The translations under genes and the position numbers were made by a program. The notes below the pieces were generated by a model that was not told where the DNA came from, ran no database searches, and saw only the letters and a list, made by a program, of their open reading frames with translations. Below, piece after piece: positions 9,967 to 19,693 of a stretch of 64,000 bases of DNA. The DNA is from Acidovorax sp. (lineage in GTDB: Bacteria; Pseudomonadota; Gammaproteobacteria; Burkholderiales; Burkholderiaceae_C), in contig JBHIWE010000001.1 of the NCBI GenBank assembly GCA_041987645.1, forward strand, positions 10,407 through 74,406, written 5' to 3'. Each line of letters starts with the position of its first letter. Positions within the stretch are counted from its first letter, which is position 1.

Positions 9967-10794
9967 TTAGATCGAGATGCCGCCGCCGCAGATCAGCGTC
10001 TGTCCGCTGACGTAGTTCGACTCGGGAATGCACAGCAGGTAGACCGACCCGGCTGCCTCCTCGGGCGTGCCGCCGCGACCCAACGGAATGGTGCGCTCCA
10101 TCATTTCCAGCAGCTCGGGGTTGACGCCGACCTTGATCTTGCGACCCTCGACGTCGATGGAGGCATCGCCACTGGCTGGTGCCTCGGTCAGCCGCGTCTT
10201 GATCATGCCAAAAGCAACGGCGTTGACGTTCACCTTGTAGCGACCCCACTCCTTGGACAGGGCCTTGGTCAGACCAATGATGCCGGCCTTGCCCGCCGAG
10301 TAGTTGGCCTGACCGGCGTTGCCACCGGTGCCGGCGATGGACGAAATGTTGACCACCTTGCGAAACACCTCCTGCCCCGCTTCGGCTTCCTTGCGCGAGG
10401 CGACGCGGATGAACTCCGAAGCAGCGCGCAAAATCTTGAACGGCGCGGTCAGATGCACGTCGATGATCGCGTTCCATTGCTCGTCCGTCATCTTCTGAAC
10501 CACGTTGTCCCAGGTGTAGCCGGCGTTGTTGATGATGATGTCCAGGCCGCCGAAGCCGTCGATCGCGGTCTTGACGAACTTTTCAGCGAAGCCGTCGGCA
10601 GTGACGCTGCCGGCACAAGCCAGCGCCATGCCGCCAGCGGCCTTGATGTCGGCCACGGTCTGCTCGGCCGGGCCGGCGTCCAGGTCATTGACGACCACCT
10701 TGGCGCCTTCGCGGGCGAGTTTCATGGCGATGGCGCGGCCGATGCCGCGACCCGATCCGGAGACGATGGCAACTTTGCCTTCAAGTGTTTTCAT
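9967..10794 (-). CDS. SDR oxidoreductase (3-oxoacyl reductase / hydroxyacyl-CoA dehydrogenase-like)
   Basis: SGSGRGIG, NNAG, YSAGK catalytic motif. Confidence 0.92.
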   Translation of the reverse strand: MKTLEGKVAIVSGSGRGIGRAIAMKLAREGAKVVVNDLDAGPAEQTVADIKAAGGMALACAGSVTADGFAEKFVKTAIDGFGGLDIIINNAGYTWDNVVQKMTDEQWNAIIDVHLTAPFKILRAASEFIRVASRKEAEAGQEVFRKVVNISSIAGTGGNAGQANYSAGKAGIIGLTKALSKEWGRYKVNVNAVAFGMIKTRLTEAPASGDASIDVEGRKIKVGVNPELLEMMERTIPLGRGGTPEEAAGSVYLLCIPESNYVSGQTLICGGGISI

Positions 10795-10856
10795 GGTGTG
10801 TCCTTGCTTGTGATTAAAAGGAAATAAATAAAAAGTCGGGCCGCCAAACGGAGGCC

Positions 10857-11273
10857 TCAGTTCAAGGCAACCAGTGCCTCGCCGGCCAGCGTGATTTCGC
10901 CTGTCGCCTTCGTCGCGCTGATTTGAACGCGCGCGCAGGGCCGACCTGCATGCTCAATCTTTTCAAGCACCTTGCCCGTGCAGCGTATGCGGTCGCCGAG
11001 GTGGGTCATGGCCGCGAAGCGAACGCCATAGCTGAGGAGCTGGCGCTGCGGCACCCATTCGGTGAGCGCACGCCCGAGGTAGGCCATCGACAACATACCC
11101 TGCGCGAACACATCCTTCATACCCGCGCTGCGGGCGAAGTCGATGTCGATGTGGATCGGGTTGTGGTCACCCGACGCACCGGCGAACAGTGCCAGTGTGG
11201 TGCGGCTGATCGGTGGCAATTCCAGTACAGGCATTTCGTCACCAACATCCAGGATTTTTACTTGAGTGTTCAT
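10857..11273 (-). CDS. MaoC-family (R)-enoyl-CoA hydratase, catalytic hot-dog subunit
   Basis: FAGASGDHNPIHID...FAQGML hydratase-2 motif; ATG 11273. Confidence 0.88.
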   Translation of the reverse strand: MNTQVKILDVGDEMPVLELPPISRTTLALFAGASGDHNPIHIDIDFARSAGMKDVFAQGMLSMAYLGRALTEWVPQRQLLSYGVRFAAMTHLGDRIRCTGKVLEKIEHAGRPCARVQISATKATGEITLAGEALVALN

Positions 11274-11283
11274 GAATAGTCCT

Positions 11284-11727
11284 TCAGGCGTGGCGCACGA
11301 CGACCACCGAATGCAGGTCAGAGACATGCTCGCCGAGCTGATTGGTGACTTTCGTGTCGTTGACGACAAACTCGAGCGCGCCGCCCTTCTTGTCGTAGAT
11401 GTCGGTGACGCGGGTCTGGAAGCGCAGCGTGTCGCCAGCGCACACCGGGGCGTGGTAGTCAATGCGTTGCTCGCCGTGCAAGACCTTGCGCAAGTCGATC
11501 TTGAGCGTGTCGAGCAACGTCATCAACACCCCCGAATCGCTCTCGGCGCCAAAGATGAAGGTCGGTGGTGCCACGACGTTGCGGTAGCCAGCGGCCTGGG
11601 CGGCGCTCGCGTCGAAGTAGATCGGGTCGGTGGCACCGATCACCTCGGCGAAAAAGCGGATGCGCCCCTTCTCCACATCCCACAGCGTGGGCGGCACCTC
11701 GTAACCGATGAATTGCTTGTCAATCAT
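11284..11727 (-). CDS. MaoC dehydratase N-terminal-type hot-dog protein (partner subunit)
   Basis: IRFFAEVIGATDPIY, APPTF, LHGEQRIDYHAPV. Confidence 0.88.
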   Translation of the reverse strand: MIDKQFIGYEVPPTLWDVEKGRIRFFAEVIGATDPIYFDASAAQAAGYRNVVAPPTFIFGAESDSGVLMTLLDTLKIDLRKVLHGEQRIDYHAPVCAGDTLRFQTRVTDIYDKKGGALEFVVNDTKVTNQLGEHVSDLHSVVVVRHA

Positions 11728-11760
11728 GGGACTCCAGCTTCTGGTTTGCTGCGCCTGCGC

Positions 11761-12945
11761 TCAGCCGGCTTGGTAAAGCGTGACGACGCAAGCGCCGCCC
11801 AGCCCGAGGTTGTGCTGCAAGGCCACACGCGCACCCTTGACCTGGCGTTGCTCCGCCGTGCCGCGCAGTTGATGGGTCAGCTCGAAACATTGCGCCAGGC
11901 CGGTCGCGCCCAGCGGATGACCTTTCGACAACAGGCCGCCCGACGGGTTGGTCACCACCTTGCCGCCATAGGTGTTGTCGCCATCGAACACGAACTTCTC
12001 CGCGCCGCCCTCCGGGCACAGGCCCAACGCCTCGTAGGTGATCAGTTCGTTCTGCGCGAAGCAGTCGTGCAGCTCAACCACGTTCACGTCCTGCGGCCCG
12101 ATGCCGGCCTGCTTGTAGACCTTTTGCGCCGCATCGCGCGCCATGTCGAAGCCGACCACGCGCATCATGTCGTGCGACTCGAAGGTGCTGGGGAAATCGG
12201 TCGTCATTGCCTGGGCGGTAATCGACACGCGGGTGTCGAGCCCATGCTTTTTGGCGAAGGCTTCGGAGCAAATCACCGCAGCAGCGGCGCCGCAGGTCGG
12301 CGGGCAAGCCATCAGGCGGGTCATCACGCCCTCCCACAGCATCGGTGCGTTCATCACGTCATCGACCGAGACCTCCTTGCGAAACAGCGCCAGCGGGTTG
12401 TTGGCGGCATGGCGGCTGGCCTTGGCGCGAATGCTGGCAAAGGTCGCCAGTTGGGTGCCGTACTTGTCCATGTGCGCCTTGCCGGCACCGCCGAAGTAGC
12501 GAATGGCCAGCGGGATTTCCGGATGACCCACAAGCTCGGCGGTGGCCCGGTCAAACTCCTCGAACGGTGTCGGCCGGTCCTCGAACTGGGCCTTGATGGC
12601 TCCGGCGGCCATCTGCTCGAAGCCCAGGGCCAGCACGCACTCGGCGGCACCGCTTTCGACCGCCTGGCGCGCCAGGAACAGCGCCGACGAGCCGGTGGAG
12701 CAATTGTTGTTGACGTTGACGATGGGGATGCCACTCATGCCCACCGGGTAGAGCGCCCGCTGGCCGCAGGTGGAATCGCCATACACATAGCCCACATAGG
12801 CTTGCTGGATCATGGGGTATTCGACGCGCGCATCGGCCATGGCCTGGCGCACCGCCTTTTCTCCCATCACGTGATAGGGCTCGCTGGCGCCCGGTTTGGT
12901 GAACGGGATCATGCCCACACCGGCAACAATAACTTTCTGGTTCAT
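11761..12945 (-). CDS. SCP-x-type thiolase (lipid-transfer protein)
   Basis: NNNCSTG, ELHDCF, KGHPLGATG, HNLGLGG. Confidence 0.93.
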   Translation of the reverse strand: MNQKVIVAGVGMIPFTKPGASEPYHVMGEKAVRQAMADARVEYPMIQQAYVGYVYGDSTCGQRALYPVGMSGIPIVNVNNNCSTGSSALFLARQAVESGAAECVLALGFEQMAAGAIKAQFEDRPTPFEEFDRATAELVGHPEIPLAIRYFGGAGKAHMDKYGTQLATFASIRAKASRHAANNPLALFRKEVSVDDVMNAPMLWEGVMTRLMACPPTCGAAAAVICSEAFAKKHGLDTRVSITAQAMTTDFPSTFESHDMMRVVGFDMARDAAQKVYKQAGIGPQDVNVVELHDCFAQNELITYEALGLCPEGGAEKFVFDGDNTYGGKVVTNPSGGLLSKGHPLGATGLAQCFELTHQLRGTAEQRQVKGARVALQHNLGLGGACVVTLYQAG

Positions 12946-13016
12946 CGCACTGACTCCTTGGGTTGAAATGTTTCGATCGAAACGTTTTGGACTCGGACAC
13001 CGGGAGGCCGACGGCC

Positions 13017-13259
13017 TCAGCCGCCCTTGTCCGCGTTGGCATACTCGGTTTTGAGGTCCTTCTTGAGGATCTTGTTGGCCGCACTGATTGGCAGCGAGCT
13101 TCGGAAGTGAATCCGCTTCGGCGCCTCGAAGCCGGGCAGGCGGCCACGACAGAACTCGAAGATGACCGTATGTTTTTCTCCGGTTGCCTTCACCGCGCGG
13201 CGCAAGTTGTCGCCCACGTTTTGGCGGCGCAGCAGGTTCATCCCGCGTTCGTGGGTCAA
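13017..13259 (-). pseudogene. Internally deleted acyl-CoA synthetase remnant
   Basis: 80 aa. The start (NVGDNLRRA) resembles a ligase N-terminus and is joined to a ligase C-terminus (FCRGRLPGFEAPKRIHFRSSLPISAANKILKKDL). No AMP-binding core. AAGGA RBS upstream of the TTG start. Confidence 0.75.
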
Positions 13260-13472
13260 GGCTGTTTCCTTAGGTCGAAGCGTCGTTTGTCACTGATGAA
13301 GGGTCGCGCCGCGAGCGGCGTGATCCGATAGGTGTCACGGGTGAATGCGGCACGGGTGACCACCTGCTTGAGCAACAGGTCGGCCCCCGCCAATGAATCC
13401 GCACCGATTCCGCCTCCCATGGCCGAAGTCTCCAGATCTCTGGCACTTCAGGTGAGCGCCTGCAACGAATTC

Positions 13473-13511
13473 TACCTAACGCTTGACAGTTCGGCAATCC
13501 CTCATTAAATT
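13473..13511 (+). promoter_or_regulatory. Sigma70 promoter with overlapping degenerate operator
   Basis: TTGACA (13483-13488), 17 bp spacer, TAAATT (13506-13511). CTAAC-GCTT-GACAG overlaps the -35 box. Confidence 0.65.
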
Positions 13512-13599
13512 CGCGCAAACCCAAAGAGACCTCGTCCCCGCAGCTTGGGCGCGCGCCGTGACACCTTGCCCGCAGCCCACGCATTGATAGGCATCCTTT

Positions 13600-14778
13600 A
13601 TGTCCACGCCTCGCAGTTTTGCCCTCTCCGCCGACGACCGTGCCGTGCTCGAAGCCGCCGACAAGTTCGCGCGCAAGGAATTCGTGCCACTCGCGCGCCG
13701 CATGGACGACGAGGAGTGGTGGCCATCTGATATCTTTCAGAGAATTGGAGCGGCTGGCTTCATGGGGGCCACCGTGCCTGCCGAGCATGGTGGCGCGGGC
13801 ATGGAACTGTTCAGCTCGGGCCTGATCTGCCAGGCCTTTGCGCGCTGGAACCCCGCCATCGCCTTGTCCTGGGCGGCGCACGACAACCTGTGCGTCAACA
13901 ACATCTACCGCAACGCCAACGAGGCGCAGCGCCGCCAATACCTGCCCGATCTGTGCAACGGCACAAAAATCGGCGCGCTCGGCCTGACCGAACCCGGCGC
14001 CGGCTCGGATGCGCTGGGCGCGATGCGCACTAGCGCGCGCCGCGAGGGCGACCACTACATCCTCAACGGCACCAAGATCTACATCACCAACGGCCCGGTG
14101 GCCGACGTGCTGCTGGTTTACGCCAAGACCGCGCCGGAGTTGGGTGCCAAGGGCATTTCGGCCTTCATCGTCGAGAAGAATTTTCCCGGCTTCAAGGTGG
14201 CTCAAAAGCTCATCAAGATGGGTTTTCGCGGCAGCCAGACCGGCGAGCTGGTGTTCGACAACTGCCGCGTGCCGGCAGCCAACCTGGTGGGCAAGGAAAA
14301 CGAAGGCGTCAAAATCGTCATGAGCGGGCTCGATCTGGAGCGCGCGCTGGTGGCTGGCTTGTGCGTGGGCATCTGCGAACGTGCGCTCGAATTGAGCGTC
14401 GAGTACGCCAGGACGCGCGTGCAGTTCGGCAAACCCATCGGCAGCTTCCAGATGGTGCAGGCCATGCTGGCCGAGATGTACACCGAGATCGAAGCCATGA
14501 AAACCCTGGTCTGGCGCACCCTGGCCGAGGTCAATGATCTGGAGGTGGGCGGCGGAGGCCGCGGCGATGTGCACAAGCTCACCGCAGCGTCCATCCTCTA
14601 CGCCGGCGAAGCCTGCAACCGGGTGCTCAACAAGGCCGTACAAGTGCATGGCGGTAGCGGCTACATCTGGGAGTCCGAGATCAACCGGCTGTTCCGTTGC
14701 ATCAAGATCCTCGAAATCGGTGCAGGCACATCCGAGGTGCGCAAGATGATCATCGCCGAAGAGCTGCTGCGCGGTTGA
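13600..14778 (+). CDS. Isovaleryl-CoA dehydrogenase-like ACAD
   Basis: [40 protein letters not shown]. Confidence 0.9.
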   Translation: MSTPRSFALSADDRAVLEAADKFARKEFVPLARRMDDEEWWPSDIFQRIGAAGFMGATVPAEHGGAGMELFSSGLICQAFARWNPAIALSWAAHDNLCVNNIYRNANEAQRRQYLPDLCNGTKIGALGLTEPGAGSDALGAMRTSARREGDHYILNGTKIYITNGPVADVLLVYAKTAPELGAKGISAFIVEKNFPGFKVAQKLIKMGFRGSQTGELVFDNCRVPAANLVGKENEGVKIVMSGLDLERALVAGLCVGICERALELSVEYARTRVQFGKPIGSFQMVQAMLAEMYTEIEAMKTLVWRTLAEVNDLEVGGGGRGDVHKLTAASILYAGEACNRVLNKAVQVHGGSGYIWESEINRLFRCIKILEIGAGTSEVRKMIIAEELLRG

Positions 14779-14837
14779 TTCCCCAAACCCGCATGGCAAG
14801 CGCAGCTGACCACCACACAAACAAGCAGGCCTTGAAG

Positions 14838-15638
14838 ATGCAACCTTCGTTGACCATCCGCTTTGAGCAACGTGGCGCCGTGGCGTGGATCACGCTGAAC
14901 CGGCCCGATGCGATGAATGCCCTGTCGGAGTCAATGTGCGCCGAATTGCGCAATGCGACCGAGCGTTGCGAGCGTGACCCGGCCATCCGCGTCATCGTGC
15001 TGACCGGTGCGGGCCGAGCCTTCTGCGCAGGCGCCGACCTCAAAGGTGTGTTCGAGAGCAGCGCTGGCGACCCCGGCCCAAGCGACCCGATGGGCGAGTT
15101 TCTCGATCTTGTCGGCGGCATGATGGATCGGCTGCGCATTTGCCCCAAACCCACCATCGCCGCGCTGAACGGCCTGACGATGGCCGGCGGGCTGGAATTG
15201 GCCATGGCCTGCGACCTCATCGTCGCCGCCGAAAGTGCCCGCATCGGCGATGCGCATGCCAACTTCGGCGTGTTTCCGGGCGCGGGCGGCGCGGCGATCC
15301 TGCCACGGCGCATCGGCGCCACCGCCGCCAAATACCTGCTGTTCACCGGCGACACCATGCCCGCGCGCGAACTGGTTCCGCTTGGCCTGGTGAACCGTGT
15401 GGTGCCGGATGCCGAGCTGGCGTCCGAGGTCGAAAAAATCGCCTTGCGTATCGCCAGCAAGAGTCCGTTGGTGCTGCGCCGCATGAAACAGGTCGTGGCC
15501 GATGGGCTGGAGCAGCCACAGGCTTCGGCACTGCGGCTGGAGCGCATGGTGCTCGACGCGCACCGCCATTCGCACGACATACAAGAGGGCCTCGCGGCTT
15601 TCGTCGGCAAGCGCACACCCGATTTCAAGGGCTACTGA
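14838..15638 (+). CDS. Enoyl-CoA hydratase/isomerase
   Basis: LNRPDAMNAL, FCAGADL, GGLELAMACD; second Glu position is His (IGDAHANFG). Confidence 0.9.
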   Translation: MQPSLTIRFEQRGAVAWITLNRPDAMNALSESMCAELRNATERCERDPAIRVIVLTGAGRAFCAGADLKGVFESSAGDPGPSDPMGEFLDLVGGMMDRLRICPKPTIAALNGLTMAGGLELAMACDLIVAAESARIGDAHANFGVFPGAGGAAILPRRIGATAAKYLLFTGDTMPARELVPLGLVNRVVPDAELASEVEKIALRIASKSPLVLRRMKQVVADGLEQPQASALRLERMVLDAHRHSHDIQEGLAAFVGKRTPDFKGY

Positions 15639-15672
15639 TTTCACACCGCTTCTTCTGAATGGACGCATTACC

Positions 15673-16920
15673 ATGACCAACCCGCAAGCCGCCGTTTACA
15701 TAGTCGGCGTCGGCATGACGCCGACCGGCAAGTTTCTTGACCGCGATATCAAGCAACTGACCGCCGCTGCCGTGAACGCCGCGCTGGCCGATGCCGGACT
15801 GTCCATCAGCGAAATCCAGTCGGCATACTTTTCCAACGCAACACAGGGCGCACTCGAAGGCCAGACCATGATCCGTGGCCAGGTTGTGTTGCGTTCGATG
15901 GGCTTCGAGTCCATCCCGATTTTCAACATTGAGAACGCCTGCGCCAGTGCCAGCTCGGCTTTCAACCTGGCGGTGCAGTACGTGCGCTCGGGGGCAGGCG
16001 AGATCGCGCTGGCCATTGGTGCCGAGAAAATGTTCTGCGCCGACAAAGCCAAAATGTTCAGCGTCTTCGACGGTGCCTGGGACGTGGCCACGGTCGAGGA
16101 GAATAAACGCAGGCTGCTTCAAATGGGGCACGGTATTGAGCCGCCGGAAGGGTCCATGTCCAAGGCGCCCTACAGCCTGTTCATGGACATTTACGCCGCC
16201 TTTGGTCGCTTTCACATGCGCGAGTTCGGCACCACGCAGCGACAAATTGCCGCCGTGTCGGCCAAGAATCATGGCCATTCGGTGCACAACCCGCTGGCGC
16301 AATACCGCAATGCATACACCATTGACGAGGTACTGGCCGCGCCCCCCATCACCTACCCGTTGACGCTGCCGATGTGCGCACCCATCAGCGACGGCGCTGC
16401 CGCGGTCGTCGTGTGTTCCGAGGCAGCATTGGCGCGCATGGCAAAGCGTGAGCGCGCCATCAAGGTGCTGGCATCGGTCATTGCCACTGGCAGCACCCGC
16501 CGCTCTGAAGACCTGGATCAACACATCACCGTCAAGGCTGCCAAACAAGCCTACGAACTCGCAGCCGTTGGCCCGCAAGACATTTCGCTGGCCGAGGTCC
16601 ACGATGCCACCGCCATCGGCGAAATCGTGCAGAGTGAAAACCTTGGCTTCTGTGCGTTCGGCGAAGGCGGGCCACTCGCCGAGCGCGGTGACACCACGAT
16701 TGGCGGCCGCATCCCGATCAACACCTCGGGTGGTCTGGAGTCCAAGGGGCACCCGATCGGCGCCACCGGGCTGGGTCAGTTGCATGAACTGGTCGTGCAG
16801 TTGCGCGGCGAAGCGGGGGCTCGCCAGGTGCAAGGGGCCCGCCTTGCCATCGCAGAAAACGGTGGGGGCCTGTTCGGAATTGAAGAAGCCGTGGCCGCCA
16901 TCACCATCCTCGGTCGCTGA
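15673..16920 (+). CDS. SCP2-type thiolase
   Basis: ENACAS, EVHDAT, KGHPIGATG, ENGGG. Confidence 0.92.
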   Translation: MTNPQAAVYIVGVGMTPTGKFLDRDIKQLTAAAVNAALADAGLSISEIQSAYFSNATQGALEGQTMIRGQVVLRSMGFESIPIFNIENACASASSAFNLAVQYVRSGAGEIALAIGAEKMFCADKAKMFSVFDGAWDVATVEENKRRLLQMGHGIEPPEGSMSKAPYSLFMDIYAAFGRFHMREFGTTQRQIAAVSAKNHGHSVHNPLAQYRNAYTIDEVLAAPPITYPLTLPMCAPISDGAAAVVVCSEAALARMAKRERAIKVLASVIATGSTRRSEDLDQHITVKAAKQAYELAAVGPQDISLAEVHDATAIGEIVQSENLGFCAFGEGGPLAERGDTTIGGRIPINTSGGLESKGHPIGATGLGQLHELVVQLRGEAGARQVQGARLAIAENGGGLFGIEEAVAAITILGR

Positions 16921-16929
16921 AGGACAAAA

Positions 16930-17697
16930 ATGATTCTGCATGACAAGGTGGCCATCATCACAGGTGGTGCTTCAGGCTTGGGGCGCGCGGTGGTTGATGC
17001 GCTCGCCGCAGGCGGCGCACGGGTGTCATTGTTCGACCGCGACAGCGAGCGTGGTGTACAGACAGCCACCGAACTGGGTTCTGCCGCCATGTTCGAGCAG
17101 GTAGATGTCACCAGTGAGTCACAGGTGCAGGCGGGCATCGACGCAACCCTGGCCCGTTTTGGCGCCATTCACATTTGCATCAACTGCGCTGGCGTGCCCG
17201 ACGCAGCCAAGACCGTGGCCGATGGAAAACCCTTTCCCCTGGCACTGTGGGACAAGGTGATTGCCGTCAACCTGACCGGCACTTTCAACGTGCTGCGCCT
17301 GGCAGCCGTGGCGATGGCGCGCAATGAGCCTGAGGGTGATGAGCGCGGCGTCATCATTAACCTGTCGTCCGGTGCCGCACAGGACGGCCAGATGGGACAG
17401 GCGGCCTACGCCGCCAGCAAGGCCGGGGTGATCGGCCTCACGCTGCCGGTGGCACGGGACCTGGCCGGTCTGGGCATCCGCTGCGTAGCGGTTGCGCCGG
17501 GCTTGTTCGAAACGCCAATGGTCGCGGGCCTGCCAAAGAAGGTCGCACAGGCCATCGTTGACCGCATGATTCTGTTCCCGCGCCGCATGGGTCAAGCCGG
17601 CGAGCTGGCCCACCTGGTGCGTTCCATCGTCGAGAACCCCTATATCAACGCGACCTGTTTGCACATTGATGCCGGTGCACGCATGAGCACTCGCTGA
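16930..17697 (+). CDS. SDR, type II 3-hydroxyacyl-CoA dehydrogenase (HSD17B10-like)
   Basis: TGGASGLG, VNLTGTFNVLRL, GQMGQAAYAASK, TLPVARDL. Confidence 0.9.
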   Translation: MILHDKVAIITGGASGLGRAVVDALAAGGARVSLFDRDSERGVQTATELGSAAMFEQVDVTSESQVQAGIDATLARFGAIHICINCAGVPDAAKTVADGKPFPLALWDKVIAVNLTGTFNVLRLAAVAMARNEPEGDERGVIINLSSGAAQDGQMGQAAYAASKAGVIGLTLPVARDLAGLGIRCVAVAPGLFETPMVAGLPKKVAQAIVDRMILFPRRMGQAGELAHLVRSIVENPYINATCLHIDAGARMSTR

Positions 17698-17728
17698 ACG
17701 AGACCGACAACACACCGAGACCAGCACC

Positions 17729-18889
17729 ATGAATTTCCTCCCCACCGAAGAACAGCGCATGGCCGTGGAAGGCTTCACTCGCTTCCTGGAGACCGAACTG
17801 CGTCCGATTGTCGAACGCTACCAGCCCGACAAGCTAATTGAAAAAGAGGTGATGCTGGAGATCTTCCAGAAGATGCTGCCCTACGGCATGGGCGGCAACG
17901 GCATCATTGCCGAGGAACATGGTGGTCTGGGCATGCCCTGGCTCACCTATGCACTGATGTATGAGCAACTCGCGCGCATTTCCGGCGACGTGGCAATCTC
18001 GCTGTTGATTCAGCAGCTCGGCGCCTATTCGCTGGAGGTCTGCACGAACGTGGCCATGCGTGAGAAATATTTGCCACGCATGGTACGCGCCGAAATCATT
18101 GCCTGCAGCGGCATCAGCGAGCCCGGGGTCGGCTCCAACGTGGCTGAAGTCACCTGCCGTGCCCAGCGCGATGGCGACCACTACATTGTCACCGGGGAGA
18201 AAACCTGGATATCCAACGGCCACTACTCCGACTTTTGCATGGTCATCGTGCGCACCTCACAAGAAGGTTCGGGCGCCATCTCGATGATCCTGGTGGACCG
18301 CGCCGAACACGGCTACGAAAGCCGCAACATCGACAAGCTGGGGCTCAACAGCACGTCAACCGCACAACTTTTCTTCGACGGCGCTCGCGTACCGGCCGAG
18401 AACATGATGATTGAACCCGGCACCGGTCTGAAGAACACCATGGTGCTGTTCGAGAAGGCGCGTCCCATGGTCGGCATGACTTCGATCGGTATCGCCCAGG
18501 CGGCACTCGACAAGGCGGTGGCCTATTCGAAGGAACGCCGCCAGCATGGCAAGCCGATCGGTGGTCATCAATTGATCCAGGGCATGCTGGCCGAGGCGGC
18601 CACCGAACTCGACGCCGCGCGATTGCTGGTCTACCGCGCGTTCAACCTGATCGACCATGGCGTGCGCAGCGAGGTGCAAAGCGCTATGGCCAAGTGGTAC
18701 GCGACCGAGATGGCGGTCAACGTCGCGTCGAAAGCATTGCAGATTCATGGCGGCAACGGCATCACCAAAGACTTCGGCGTTGAACTGTTGTTCAGAAACG
18801 CCCGCATGATGCCGATTCCCGACGGCACCACCGAAATCCAGAAACTCATCATTGGGCGCGCCCTGACCGGTATCAACGCCTTCTCCTAA
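17729..18889 (+). CDS. Acyl-CoA dehydrogenase (Asp at the catalytic-base position)
   Basis: GISEPGVGS, GEKTWISNG, QIHGGNG, IPDGTTEIQK. Confidence 0.92.
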   Translation: MNFLPTEEQRMAVEGFTRFLETELRPIVERYQPDKLIEKEVMLEIFQKMLPYGMGGNGIIAEEHGGLGMPWLTYALMYEQLARISGDVAISLLIQQLGAYSLEVCTNVAMREKYLPRMVRAEIIACSGISEPGVGSNVAEVTCRAQRDGDHYIVTGEKTWISNGHYSDFCMVIVRTSQEGSGAISMILVDRAEHGYESRNIDKLGLNSTSTAQLFFDGARVPAENMMIEPGTGLKNTMVLFEKARPMVGMTSIGIAQAALDKAVAYSKERRQHGKPIGGHQLIQGMLAEAATELDAARLLVYRAFNLIDHGVRSEVQSAMAKWYATEMAVNVASKALQIHGGNGITKDFGVELLFRNARMMPIPDGTTEIQKLIIGRALTGINAFS

Positions 18890-18892
18890 CCC

Positions 18893-19693
18893 ATGACCTC
18901 TAACTCCTTGAATAGCCCGTCCAGCGAGGCTTCGGTGCTGCAGGCGCGGGACATCACCTTGCGCTTTGGCGGTGTCACCGCGCTGGCCGAGGTCGCCATC
19001 GATGTGCGTGACAACGAGCTGCTGGCCATCATTGGACCCAACGGCGCAGGCAAGAGCTCGCTGATGAATGTGCTCAGCGGCTTTTACCTGCCGCAACAAG
19101 GCAGCGTGCACTACCGTGGTCAAGACATCAAAGGCCGCGCGGTGCATGAGATCGCGCGCGATGGTGTGGTGCGCACTTTTCAGGGCACCCATTTGTTCTC
19201 CAACATGAGCGTGATCGACAACATCCTGGTCGGCCGCTACAGCCAGATGCGATCAAATCTGGCGCAGGCATTTCTCTACTTTCCCTGGACCCAGCGTGAA
19301 GAAACGCTGCATCGGGAAGCAGTCGAGGAAATCATCGACTTCCTTGAAATTGAGAATATCCGCCACCAGCCGGTAGGCGCACTCGGCTACGGTCTTCGCA
19401 AGCGCGTTGACCTGGGCCGTGCGTTGGCGATGAAACCCAAGGTTCTGTTAATGGATGAACCCATGGCCGGCATGAACACCGAAGAAAAAGAAGATTTGGC
19501 CCGTTTCATCATAGACGTGCGCGAGGCCAAGCGCATCCCGGTTGTGCTGGTGGAGCACGACATGGGGGTGGTCATGGATCTGGCAGACCGCGTGGCGGTG
19601 CTCGACTTTGGCCGCAAGATCGCCGACGGCACGCCAGCACAAGTGCAGGCCGACCCGGCCGTGATCCAGGCCTACTTGGGAGCTGCGGCATGA
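18893..19693 (+). CDS. ABC transporter ATP-binding protein (LivG-like), system 1
   Basis: GPNGAGKS, LLMDEP, VEHDM, AYLG. Confidence 0.93.
   Translation: MTSNSLNSPSSEASVLQARDITLRFGGVTALAEVAIDVRDNELLAIIGPNGAGKSSLMNVLSGFYLPQQGSVHYRGQDIKGRAVHEIARDGVVRTFQGTHLFSNMSVIDNILVGRYSQMRSNLAQAFLYFPWTQREETLHREAVEEIIDFLEIENIRHQPVGALGYGLRKRVDLGRALAMKPKVLLMDEPMAGMNTEEKEDLARFIIDVREAKRIPVVLVEHDMGVVMDLADRVAVLDFGRKIADGTPAQVQADPAVIQAYLGAAA

Noticed and set aside
8756-10477. Apparent long N-terminal extensions or fusions (also 27050-28057, 31342-33501, 55288-56817, 58262-59734)
   Set aside because: The extensions are off-frame readings of the upstream gene. Downstream starts with an RBS or stop-start overlap explain the real proteins.
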